A stretch of 49,797 bases of DNA, from assembly GCA_038245785.1 (NCBI GenBank), contig JBBRSB010000035.1, positions 1 through 49,797 of the forward strand, in the 5' to 3' direction. Numbering within the stretch: position 1 is the stretch's first letter; the number at the start of each line of letters is the position of its first letter. The stretch comes from Gloeobacterales cyanobacterium (GTDB lineage Bacteria > Cyanobacteriota > Cyanobacteriia > Gloeobacterales > PMM-0068). A program made the translations under genes and the position numbers. The notes below the pieces were generated by a model. That model searched no databases. It was not told the origin of the DNA and worked only from the letters and a program-made list of their open reading frames with translations. Below, one piece after another: positions 18,289 through 27,042 of this stretch.

Positions 18289-20394
18289 ATGCCTTCTGCT
18301 TTTAAACGCTTCCCGCTCCGCTTACAAGAATCAATTGTCTCCCGCTTGGGCTGGTCATCCCTACGCCCCGTCCAAGAACTAGCCAGCCATGCACTCTTGG
18401 ATGGCAAGAATGCGATTATTCTGGCACCAACGGCAGGAGGTAAAACTGAAGCTTCTATGTTTCCCCTGCTCGCCACTTTGATGGAACGGGAACCTCAAGG
18501 CGTTGGCCTGATTTATATCGCCCCGATTAAAGCACTTTTGAATAACCAGGCTGAGCGCTTTGCCACCTATACCTCCATGGTCGGGCTCAGTCGTTTCCTC
18601 TGGCATGGCGATATCAAGGATTCTCAAAAGCGTTCTTTTCTAAAAGAGCCCACCACTATTTTGATGACCACGCCTGAATCTTTAGAAGTGATGCTCCTCT
18701 CTTCCAAGGTTTCCCACGCCCAAATTTTTGGGGACCTCAGGGCCTTGGTCATCGACGAGATCCATGCCTTGGCGGGGACAGACCGAGGGGCACACCTGAT
18801 ATCAGTCTTTGAACGGCTGATTCGCTATACGAAGAATGATGTTCAGCGTATTGGTCTGAGCGCCACGGTCGGAAATCCCACCGATCTGCAGCAGTGGATC
18901 CAAGGATCTTCGCAACGGGAAAGCTGTGTAGTAGATCCGCCAAAAGTACCCTCTAAGAAAGACCTGCGGATTTATCTGGAAGACTCAGTGGGAGCAATGG
19001 CTGGGGAGGCGAGCAAGAAAGCCGCAGGCCAAAAAAGTCTGTTCTTTTGTCAGAGTCGTTCTCTGGCCGAAAGCATCGCCGAACGGATGAGGGCACGTGG
19101 AACCGATGTATTTGTCCACCACAGTTCGGTATCCCTCGAAGAACGGGCGCAGGCAGAAGAGCGCTTCCAGAAGGGAAGCAATACCAGTATCGTCTGCACT
19201 TCCACATTGGAATTGGGAATCGATATTGGTGATCTAGATCTTGTGCTCCAGGCCAACGCGCCCTCTACCGTCTCCTCTTTCCTTCAGCGCTTAGGACGGA
19301 CGGGACGACGCGCAGGTCAGCAAGCCAACACCACCTTCTTCTGTGAAGACACCGAGGTCGTTCTACAGGCCATTGCCCTGATTGAACTGGCAAAAAAAGG
19401 CTGGGTAGAGTCTATCCCTAAACAAACACGAGCCTGGCCCGTGCTGGTTCATCAACTTTTGGCCCTTACCCTGCAGTTTGGGGGCATTAGCCCAGAGCGT
19501 TGCTGGGAGCAACTGTCTGCAATCCCCGACTTCTCAGGCATCTTCCAGGATGAGTTTGTCGGATTGGTCAAACACATGATTAAAGAGGACTTTCTGTTTT
19601 ACACAGGAGGCTCTCTGTCTATGGGCCAGAAGGCTGAACAGGTCTTTGGCCGCAAGAATTTCATGGAACTCTACGCCGTCTTCAGCAGCCCCCTGCTTTA
19701 TAAAGTGCAGACGGAAGCGGGCTATACGATTGGTTCTCTGGAGCAAGCCTTTGTCGATAAGCTGGCTGCCGAAACGAGTTCCTTCTTGCTTGGAGGTCGG
19801 GCCTGGACCGTTATTCATCTCAATCACGAAGACCGAACCGTCCGCGTTGCACCCGCGCCCAAGGGAATGAAACCGAGTTGGAGTGGCTTTGTCCCGCAGC
19901 TATTGGGGTTTGAAATCTGTCAGCAAATCGCCGAAATCTTAAAGGGCAAAGGTGCGATTCCTTATCTCGATGCAGTGGCCCATACTTCTGTGGATGCCTA
20001 CCGCGAAGATATTGGACCTCTACTTAGCCCTGGACGTAAAGGGATGAACCTGGAGGCTGAAAAACCGCTTTGGTGGACTTTTGCCGGAGGACAGATTAAC
20101 TACACGCTCAAATACGGTCTCCAGTGTCTCCACGATTGGAAGGTAACTGCGGACAATTTTCGCTTGAAGATTGAAGGGGATAGCGTTAGTGCAACCACCC
20201 TCAGTGCCGCCATAGCCAAAATGGGTAAGGCCACTTTTTGGAATAGTACAACCACGCAAAACTGGATTTTGGAGCAGCTCCCAGACTACCGACTCAGCAA
20301 ATTCCAACGAGCACTGCCAGAGGAGTATTCCCAGGAAATGATTAGTTCCTATCTACTCGATATTCCTGGAACGATTCAATTTTTGAAGAAGTAA
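18289..20394 (+). CDS. Lhr-like DEAD/DEAH helicase (BrxHI-like)
   Basis: LRPVQ, APTAGGKTEA, TTPESLE, DEIH, SAT, HHSS, TSTLELGIDIG, QRLGRTGRR; ATG 18289 (MPSAF). Confidence 0.9.
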   Translation: MPSAFKRFPLRLQESIVSRLGWSSLRPVQELASHALLDGKNAIILAPTAGGKTEASMFPLLATLMEREPQGVGLIYIAPIKALLNNQAERFATYTSMVGLSRFLWHGDIKDSQKRSFLKEPTTILMTTPESLEVMLLSSKVSHAQIFGDLRALVIDEIHALAGTDRGAHLISVFERLIRYTKNDVQRIGLSATVGNPTDLQQWIQGSSQRESCVVDPPKVPSKKDLRIYLEDSVGAMAGEASKKAAGQKSLFFCQSRSLAESIAERMRARGTDVFVHHSSVSLEERAQAEERFQKGSNTSIVCTSTLELGIDIGDLDLVLQANAPSTVSSFLQRLGRTGRRAGQQANTTFFCEDTEVVLQAIALIELAKKGWVESIPKQTRAWPVLVHQLLALTLQFGGISPERCWEQLSAIPDFSGIFQDEFVGLVKHMIKEDFLFYTGGSLSMGQKAEQVFGRKNFMELYAVFSSPLLYKVQTEAGYTIGSLEQAFVDKLAAETSSFLLGGRAWTVIHLNHEDRTVRVAPAPKGMKPSWSGFVPQLLGFEICQQIAEILKGKGAIPYLDAVAHTSVDAYREDIGPLLSPGRKGMNLEAEKPLWWTFAGGQINYTLKYGLQCLHDWKVTADNFRLKIEGDSVSATTLSAAIAKMGKATFWNSTTTQNWILEQLPDYRLSKFQRALPEEYSQEMISSYLLDIPGTIQFLKK

Positions 20395-20483
20395 GTCAGC
20401 GTAGGTGTCAGTTACAACGCTTATTTTTCAGTTAGACCCTAGCACCCCCACTCACATCTCATGGTTAGACAAAGGAATCTGAA

Positions 20484-22037
20484 ATGGCTATGGCCAAAGC
20501 TAAAGTTACCAAAGAAATCAAAGAAGAACCGCTAGAAAAACAACTCTGGAAAGCCGCTGACAAGCTGCGCAAGAACATTGATGCGGCTGAATATAAGCAT
20601 GTGGTATTGGGTTTGATCTTCCTCAAATACATCTCCGACTCCTTCGAGGAAATGTTCAATAAGTTGCAGGCAGGTGAAGGCGAGTATGCTGGGGCCGACC
20701 CGGAGGACAAGGACGAATACAAGGCAGAGAACGTTTTCTTTGTGCCACCGGAAGCGCGCTAGTCTTTCTTGCTGGCTAAGGCCAAACAGCCCGACATTGG
20801 TACTTTTGTCGATGGGGCGATGGATGCGATCGAGAAGGAAAACCCCTTGCTCAAGGGCGTATTGCCTAAGGCATTTGCGCGGCAGAACCTCGATCCTACC
20901 AGCCTGGGCAGTCTGATCGATCTGGTGGGCAATGTCGCGCTGGGTGATGCTAAATCCCGCAGTGCCGATGTGCTGGGCCATGTGTTCGAGTATTTCCTCG
21001 GGGAATTCGCGCTGGCTGAGGGGAAGCAGGGTGGGCAGTTCTATACGCCGCGCAGCATTGTGGAACTGCTGGTGGTGATGCTGGAACCTTATAAAGGGCG
21101 GGTATTTGACCCTTGCTGCGGCTCTGGGGGCATGTTTGTGCAGTCGGAAAAGTTTGTTGGGGAGCATCAGGGCCGCGTCAACGATATCTCTATCTATGGG
21201 CAGGAGAGCAATCAGACTACCTGGCGGCTGGCAAAGATGAATCTGGCGATTCGCGGCATCGACAGCTCGCAGTTGAAATGGAACAACGAAGGCTCCTTTC
21301 TCAACGACGCTCATAAAGACCTGAAGGCCGATTTTGTGATTGCCAATCCGCCGTTTAATGACAGCGACTGGAGCGGCGAACTGCTGCGGGGCGATGGGCG
21401 TTGGCAGTATGGAGTGCCGCCGGGAGGTAATGCGAATTTTGCTTGGTTGCAGCATTTTGTCTATCATCTGGCCCCCAACGGCAGGGCAGGAGTAGTTTTA
21501 GCAAAGGGGGCGCTGACGAGTAAGACCAGTGGCGAGGGCGATATTCGCAGGACGCTGATTGCAGATGGCAATTTGATGGATTGCATTGTGAATTTGCCCG
21601 CCAAGCTGTTTTTGAATACGCAGATTCCGGCGGCGTTGTGGTTTATGAATCGTGCCCGAAATAATGGACACCCGCGCAAGAATGAAATTCTGTTTATCGA
21701 TGCGCGTAATCTTGGGCATTTGATTAATCGTCGCACCCGTGAGCTTTCCCCAGAGGACATTCAGAACATTGCTAAGACCTACCACGCTTGGCGTACGGGT
21801 GAAGCGGGCTATGAGGACATGAAGGGGTTTTGTGCGTCGGTGTCGTTGGAGCGTGTAGCGGAACTGGATTATGTGTTGACACCAGGGCGTTATGTGGGAC
21901 TACCGGATGAGGAGGATGATTTTAATTTTGCAGAGCGGTTTGCAGTTTTGAAGGCGGAGTTTGAAGCGCAGTTGGAAGAAGAGACGGCGTTGAATAAGGC
22001 GATCGTCGAGAATTTGGCGAGGGTGAAGTTGCCATGA
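20484..22037 (+). pseudogene. hsdM: Type I R-M methyltransferase HsdM with a single in-frame TAG at codon 93 (pseudogene or recoded)
   Basis: ORFs 20484-20762 and 20769-22037 share one frame: [43 protein letters not shown] and LTPGRYVG are intact. Confidence 0.9.
21999..22037 (+). repeat. hsdM 3'-end repeat, copy 1
   Basis: GCGATCGTCGAGAATTTGGCGAGGGTGAAG..ATGA; copies at 23073 and 24424. Confidence 0.85.
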
Positions 22038-22101
22038 GCGAGTAAGGTGCGCCCCTACAGGGTATAACGGACTCTAACGAAAATCGATATAAATCAAATT
22101 G

Positions 22102-22929
22102 ATGAAACGCGATACCATCTTTTACCAGATTTTCCAGCAATCTCCTGCGCTGCTCTTTGATCTGTTGCCAGCGCCGCCACTCAATCCCAGTGGCTATACG
22201 TTCAATTCTGTAGAAGTCAAAGAAACGTCTTTTCGGATCGATGGCGTATTAATTCCCCCTGACCCCAGCGGAACCGTGTTTTTTGTGGAAATACAGATGC
22301 AGGAGGATAAAAGTCTTTACGAGCGGATGTTTTGTGAGATTGGTATCTATACGTACCGTCACCGTGAACTTTTCGCGGACTGGCAAGCGGTTGTCATTTA
22401 TCCTCGCCGCAGTATTGAGCAGTCCCGCACGCTGGTGCCGCCAGAGTTATTTGCCAGCGGCAGAATTGGCCGTGTGTATTTGGATGAGCTTGGGGAGATC
22501 GCCCAACTACCGCCAGGTCTTGGGCTGATGGTATTGACGACTCTGGAGGGGGATGAGGCGATCGCCCAAGCGAGAGGGATGATTGCCCGATCTAGGAGGT
22601 CGGAGGAGGAGAATGCGATAATAGATATGGTTTCGACCATTATGGTGTACAAGTTCAAGACACTCAGCCGCGATGAGGTAGATGTAATGTTAGGAATTGA
22701 GTTGCAAGAGCTAAAGCAGACTAGGGTATATCAGGAAGCCCGAGAAGAAGGATGTGAAGAAGGGCAACGGAACCTAATACTCATGCTTCTAAACCATAAA
22801 TTTGGTGAGTTGTCGGCTCAGAATCAAGAGAGGGTCGAGCTGTTAGATTTTGCTCGTCTTCAATCACTGGGTAAAGCTTTACTTGATTTTACGAATCTGA
22901 CGGATCTAGAGAATTGGTTTCAGCAATGA
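22102..22929 (+). CDS. Rpn-family/DUF2887 PD-(D/E)XK protein with a DUF4351-like C-terminus
   Basis: MKRDTIFYQIF, SVEVKETSFRIDG, FVEIQ, TRVYQEA, LGKALLDF..DLENW. Confidence 0.85.
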   Translation: MKRDTIFYQIFQQSPALLFDLLPAPPLNPSGYTFNSVEVKETSFRIDGVLIPPDPSGTVFFVEIQMQEDKSLYERMFCEIGIYTYRHRELFADWQAVVIYPRRSIEQSRTLVPPELFASGRIGRVYLDELGEIAQLPPGLGLMVLTTLEGDEAIAQARGMIARSRRSEEENAIIDMVSTIMVYKFKTLSRDEVDVMLGIELQELKQTRVYQEAREEGCEEGQRNLILMLLNHKFGELSAQNQERVELLDFARLQSLGKALLDFTNLTDLENWFQQ

Positions 22930-23072
22930 TGCTCAAGGGCGATCGCTACGCACCAAGAGTTTGCCATGCACTAAAAATCTGCCTCTGTTCAATCGCGAAT
23001 ATTTTTCTGATGTCACTACGGGTTAATGATTCCATTGCACAAAGTTTTGAGCGATGGGAGATTTTGTATTGA

Positions 23073-23108
23073 GCGATCGTCGAGAATTTGGCGAGGATGA
23101 AGCTATGA
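23073..23108 (+). repeat. hsdM 3'-end repeat, copy 2
   Basis: GCGATCGTCGAGAATTTGGCGAGGATGAAGCTATGA, 29/30 identical to copy 1. Confidence 0.85.
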
Positions 23109-24406
23109 ACATTGAGAAAGCCTCGGATCAAGAGCAGCGCGTTTTAGAATGTTTACCCACGCCTCAGCAGGCGATTACTGCACTGGCCGTGGAGCGTTTG
23201 CTTGGATTCAAGGAATCTCAGGCTAAGAAGCTCTTAAAAGAGATGACTGATAAGGGATTGATTGAGAAACGGGGGAGAGGAAGTACTGCTTATTATGTGA
23301 GGGCAGAAAATATAAAGATAAGTCGTGAACAATCGCAGGCTGTAACGTCTAAGGAGGTAGTTGTCAGCGAAGCGATCGGTGAACCGCTAGTCAAAACGAG
23401 TGAGTATCGGTCGTTTATTCGGGAAATTAAGCAGCGTATTCAGTCGGCTCAAATCAAAGCAGCAGTGTCAGTGAACCAAGAGCTGTTGCATTTGTATTGG
23501 GATTTGGCAGAACGGATAGTTGCAAAGCAGCAAGAGACAGCTTGGGGCGATCGATTCTTGGGACAGATGAGTCAAGATTTGAAGATAGAATTCCCGGAGA
23601 TGAAGGGTTTTTCTAGGCGAAACCTAGAATTCATGCGTCAGTGGTATCGGTTTTGGGCGGCTGAGTCTGTAATTGCGAAACAAGTTGTTTCGCAAATTCC
23701 CTGGGGACACAATCTAGTAATTATCGGCAAGATCAAAAATATTGAGGAAGCTGTATTTTATGTCCAGAAAACAATTCAAAATAACTGGTCACGCTCGGTC
23801 TTAACCCATCATATTGAGGGTGGGCTTTATCAGCGGGAAGGGAAGGCAATTACAAATTTTGAGACGAGGTTGCCGGAACCGCAATCTGATTTGGCACGAG
23901 AAATGCTTAAGGATCCCTACAATTTTGACTTTTTGATGTTGCGAGAGAAGCATGATGAGCAGGAGTTAGAGAGTGCACTGATTGAGAATGTTACGCGGTT
24001 TTTGTTGGAGTTGGGGGCGGGGTTTTCGTACTTGGGGCGGCAGTATAAGTTAGAAGTCGGTGGAGATGAGTTTTTCATTGATTTGCTGTTTTATCATGTC
24101 CAACTTCATTGTTATTTTGTGATTGAGTTGAAAGCAGTGAAGTTTAAGCCTGAGTTTGCGGGGAAGCTGGGGTTTTATATTTCAGCGGTGGATGGGATTC
24201 TGAAGACGGAGCGGGATAATCCGACGATCGGTCTTTTGATTTGTAAGTCTAAGAATGATGTGGTGGTGGAGTATACGCTGCGGGATATTCATAAGCCGAT
24301 CGGGGTGAGTGAGTATATGATTACTCAAAATTTGCCCGATGAGTTGAAGTCGTCTTTGCCGAGTATTGAGGAGATTGAGGCGGAGTTGGGAGGATACGAT
24401 GGGTGA
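23105..24406 (+). CDS. YhcG/DUF1016 PD-(D/E)XK nuclease-domain protein with an extra N-terminal wHTH
   Basis: AAVSVNQELLHLYW, GFSRRNL, IPWGHN, KDPYNFDFL, FIDLLFYH, VIELK, DNPTIGLLIC, SSLPSIEEIE. Confidence 0.9.
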   Translation: MNIEKASDQEQRVLECLPTPQQAITALAVERLLGFKESQAKKLLKEMTDKGLIEKRGRGSTAYYVRAENIKISREQSQAVTSKEVVVSEAIGEPLVKTSEYRSFIREIKQRIQSAQIKAAVSVNQELLHLYWDLAERIVAKQQETAWGDRFLGQMSQDLKIEFPEMKGFSRRNLEFMRQWYRFWAAESVIAKQVVSQIPWGHNLVIIGKIKNIEEAVFYVQKTIQNNWSRSVLTHHIEGGLYQREGKAITNFETRLPEPQSDLAREMLKDPYNFDFLMLREKHDEQELESALIENVTRFLLELGAGFSYLGRQYKLEVGGDEFFIDLLFYHVQLHCYFVIELKAVKFKPEFAGKLGFYISAVDGILKTERDNPTIGLLICKSKNDVVVEYTLRDIHKPIGVSEYMITQNLPDELKSSLPSIEEIEAELGGYDG

Positions 24407-25577
24407 GATTTTGGAGAACGCGGGCGATCGCGGCGAACTTGGCGAGGGTGAAGGTGTGCATGGGTGGAGTGAATGCATGTTGGGGGAAATAATTACACTT
24501 CAGAGGGGGTTTGACATTACTCAGAAGCATCAAGAACCTGGTGATTATCCAGTTGTTTCATCATCAGGAATCAAGAGCTATCACAACGAGTGGAAAGTTA
24601 AAGGTCCTGGTGTAGTAATTGGGCGGAAGGGGACGTTGGGTACAGTATTCTATTTAGACAGAGATTTTTGGCCGCACGATACAACGCTTTGGATAAAAGA
24701 CTTTCATGGCAATAGCCCTCTATTTATTTCCTATTTTCTAAAAGAGTTTGACTTGGGACTATATGACGTTGGCTCTTCTAATCCAACTTTAAACAGAAAC
24801 CATGTTCATCTCTTGCCTGCTTCTCTCCCACCCCTTTCCGAACAAAAGGCGATCGCCAACCTACTCAGCAGCCTCGACGACAAAATCGACCTACTGCACC
24901 GCCAGAACCAAACCCTCGAAGCGATGGCCGAAACCCTGTTCCGTCAGTGGTTTGTCGAAGAAGCACAGGAGGATTGGGAGGAAGTCAGACTATCTGACAT
25001 TTGCTCGATTATTACAAAAGGAACAACGCCTACCAGCCTAGGATATCAATTTACTGAATCTGGCATTAATTTCATCAAAGCAGAATCTATCACTGATGAA
25101 GGTAATTTTATTACTGATAAATTTGCAAAAATTTCTGAAGAAACTCACCAAATATTAAGACGGTCTATTATTCAATCTGGTGATGTTTTGTGCAGTATTG
25201 CTGGAACCATAGGGCGCGTTGCTATTGCTGATAATTCTATTCTTCCCGCAAACACAAATCAAGCAATAGCAATCATACGAGTGAATTATGAAAAATGCTT
25301 TTCTGCATTTATATACTTGTTTCTGAAGTCAGAAATCTTTCAAGAAATTATGGATGGAAAGATTGTTCATGCTGTTCAGCCAAATCTAAGCCTTGGTGAA
25401 ATTGGTAACACCACATTGAAATTGCCACTTTCTAGTGTGTTGCATGAATTTAAAGAAATGATTGAGCCAATATTTGATAGGAAAAGACATAATATCCTTC
25501 AAATCCGCACACTCGAAAAACTCCGCGACACCCTATTGCCCAAACTCATGAGTGGTGAAGTGAGGGTAGAACTATGA
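24399..25577 (+). CDS. hsdS: Type I R-M specificity subunit HsdS (two TRDs)
   Basis: Central conserved region PPLSEQKAIANLLSSLDDKIDLLHRQNQTLEAMAETLFRQWF; C-terminal LRDTLLPKLMSGEVRV. Confidence 0.93.
   Translation: MGEILENAGDRGELGEGEGVHGWSECMLGEIITLQRGFDITQKHQEPGDYPVVSSSGIKSYHNEWKVKGPGVVIGRKGTLGTVFYLDRDFWPHDTTLWIKDFHGNSPLFISYFLKEFDLGLYDVGSSNPTLNRNHVHLLPASLPPLSEQKAIANLLSSLDDKIDLLHRQNQTLEAMAETLFRQWFVEEAQEDWEEVRLSDICSIITKGTTPTSLGYQFTESGINFIKAESITDEGNFITDKFAKISEETHQILRRSIIQSGDVLCSIAGTIGRVAIADNSILPANTNQAIAIIRVNYEKCFSAFIYLFLKSEIFQEIMDGKIVHAVQPNLSLGEIGNTTLKLPLSSVLHEFKEMIEPIFDRKRHNILQIRTLEKLRDTLLPKLMSGEVRVEL
24424..24453 (+). repeat. hsdM 3'-end repeat, copy 3 (starts with HIP1)
   Basis: GCGATCGCGGCGAACTTGGCGAGGGTGAAG, 26/30 identical to copy 1. 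Confidence 0.8.
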
Positions 25578-26614
25578 ATACACCGCTATCTCCCACCCTC
25601 CTAAAATCCATCAGAAGTACGATCGCCACTGCCCGTGCCCGTGCCCAGCAGAGCGTCAACTTCATCATGATCGAAGCCTACTGGCAAATTGGACAGTCGA
25701 TCGTCGAAGAACAGCAACAGGGAGCCGATCGCGCCACCTACGGGCAAGCCCTGATTCAATCCCTCAGCGAAAAACTCACAGCCGAATTTGGCAAGGGCTT
25801 CAGTGAGCGAAACCTGCGCAGTATGAGAGGGTTCTATCTCACATTTCCAATTTGGCAAACAGTGTCTGCCAAATTGAGCTGGAGCCATTATCTACAAATC
25901 CTCAAAGTTGAAGATGAAGACGCCAGACGCTGGTATATAGAAGAATGTGTCGCCTCAAACTGGAGCGTGCGCGCCCTAGAAAGGCAAATCAATACTCATT
26001 ACTTCGAGCGTCTCCTGCTTTCAAGAGACAAAAAAGCTGTCGCAGAAGAAGCCGACGAAAAAACCAAAGCACTCAAATACACCTCCAAAGACTTTGTCAA
26101 AGACCCTTACATTCTGGAATTTCTCAACCTCAAGCAAAACGATCGGCTCTACGAAAGCGACCTAGAACAAGCCCTGATCGAAGAGATCCAAAAGTTCCTC
26201 CTAGAACTGGGCCGAGGGTTTGCCTTTGTAGAAAGACAAAAACGGATTACGGTCGAAGACGATCACTTCTATATCGACCTGGTCTTTTACAACTACCTAC
26301 TCAAATGCTTTGTCCTGATCGACCTTAAAACGGGCAAACTCAGCCATCAAGACGTCGGACAGATGGACATGTACGTCCGCCTCTATGACGAAACCCAAAA
26401 AGGTACTGACGACTCCCCCACCGTCGGCATCATCCTATGCAGCGACAAAAATGAAGCCGTCGTCAAATATTCCAGCATCAATAACCAAACCCTATTTGCC
26501 GCCAAATACAAACTTTACCTGCCCAGCGAAGAAGAGCTGAAAGAAGAACTGGAAAAAGAGATCGCATTGGTTCAGCTTTCACTCAACGAAACACCACCCA
26601 AGGATGAATCTTAA
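25574..26614 (+). CDS. YhcG/DUF1016 PD-(D/E)XK nuclease-domain protein
   Basis: AYWQIG, FGKGFSERNL, LSWSHY, KDPYILEFL, YIDLVFYN, LIDLK, GQMDMY; ATGA overlap with hsdS. Confidence 0.92.
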   Translation: MNTPLSPTLLKSIRSTIATARARAQQSVNFIMIEAYWQIGQSIVEEQQQGADRATYGQALIQSLSEKLTAEFGKGFSERNLRSMRGFYLTFPIWQTVSAKLSWSHYLQILKVEDEDARRWYIEECVASNWSVRALERQINTHYFERLLLSRDKKAVAEEADEKTKALKYTSKDFVKDPYILEFLNLKQNDRLYESDLEQALIEEIQKFLLELGRGFAFVERQKRITVEDDHFYIDLVFYNYLLKCFVLIDLKTGKLSHQDVGQMDMYVRLYDETQKGTDDSPTVGIILCSDKNEAVVKYSSINNQTLFAAKYKLYLPSEEELKEELEKEIALVQLSLNETPPKDES

Positions 26615-26640
26615 GACTAACGGTACCCAATGTCTGTATC

Positions 26641-26914
26641 GAACTGCTCTGGAACAAGCTGCCAGACTGGATAGACGACAAACAGCGAAAAACAAAGTAG
26701 ACTTCCTGCGTGAATCGACTTTTGCGCCCCCCTGCCCCCCAATACTGGGGGGTGCTGACCTCAAAGTCCCCCATTATTGGGGGATTTAGGGGGCTTTCAG
26801 AATTCATGCAGGAGCTCTAGTGACTAACTTGATTACAGAATATCGGCAGAATGGCTAGATAGCTAATCACGGTTCAGACGTTCAACAGTGGGTTCTTGTA
26901 AAATTGCATAGATG
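26641..26914 (+). pseudogene. Decayed gene remnant (C-terminal HTH-like segment), split by the MITE
   Basis: After removing the MITE and allowing two 1-nt shifts: ELLWNKLPDWIDDKQRK..VTNLITEYRQNG*IANHGSDVQQWVL. Confidence 0.4.
26699..26818. mobile_element. 120-bp MITE with IS5-type terminal IRs and a 3-bp target duplication (AGT)
   Basis: Ends AGACTTCCTGCGTGAAT and ATTCATGCAGGAGCTCT; AGT at 26696-26698 and 26819-26821; internal CCCCC..GGGGG hairpins. Confidence 0.85.
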
Positions 26915-27042
26915 AAAAATTTAAAAGAGCAATCTGTCATTTTTAAAAGAAGCTTCCTTGTATGGTAAGGGTTTCCGCTCTTATAAAGGGGCACACTTTA
27001 AAAAAGCTTATGAGAACTTAGCCCACATGGAGGCGCGTTGAT

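Noticed and set aside
24399..25577. Invertible hsdS shufflon
   Set aside because: Only one hsdS, no silent inverted TRD copies and no recombinase gene nearby.
26579..26807. Short ORFs across 26579-26807, and similar ones at 3662-3964, 39180-39569 and 42349-42950
   Set aside because: They are translations of MITE, REP or repeat DNA, or of overlaps with real genes.
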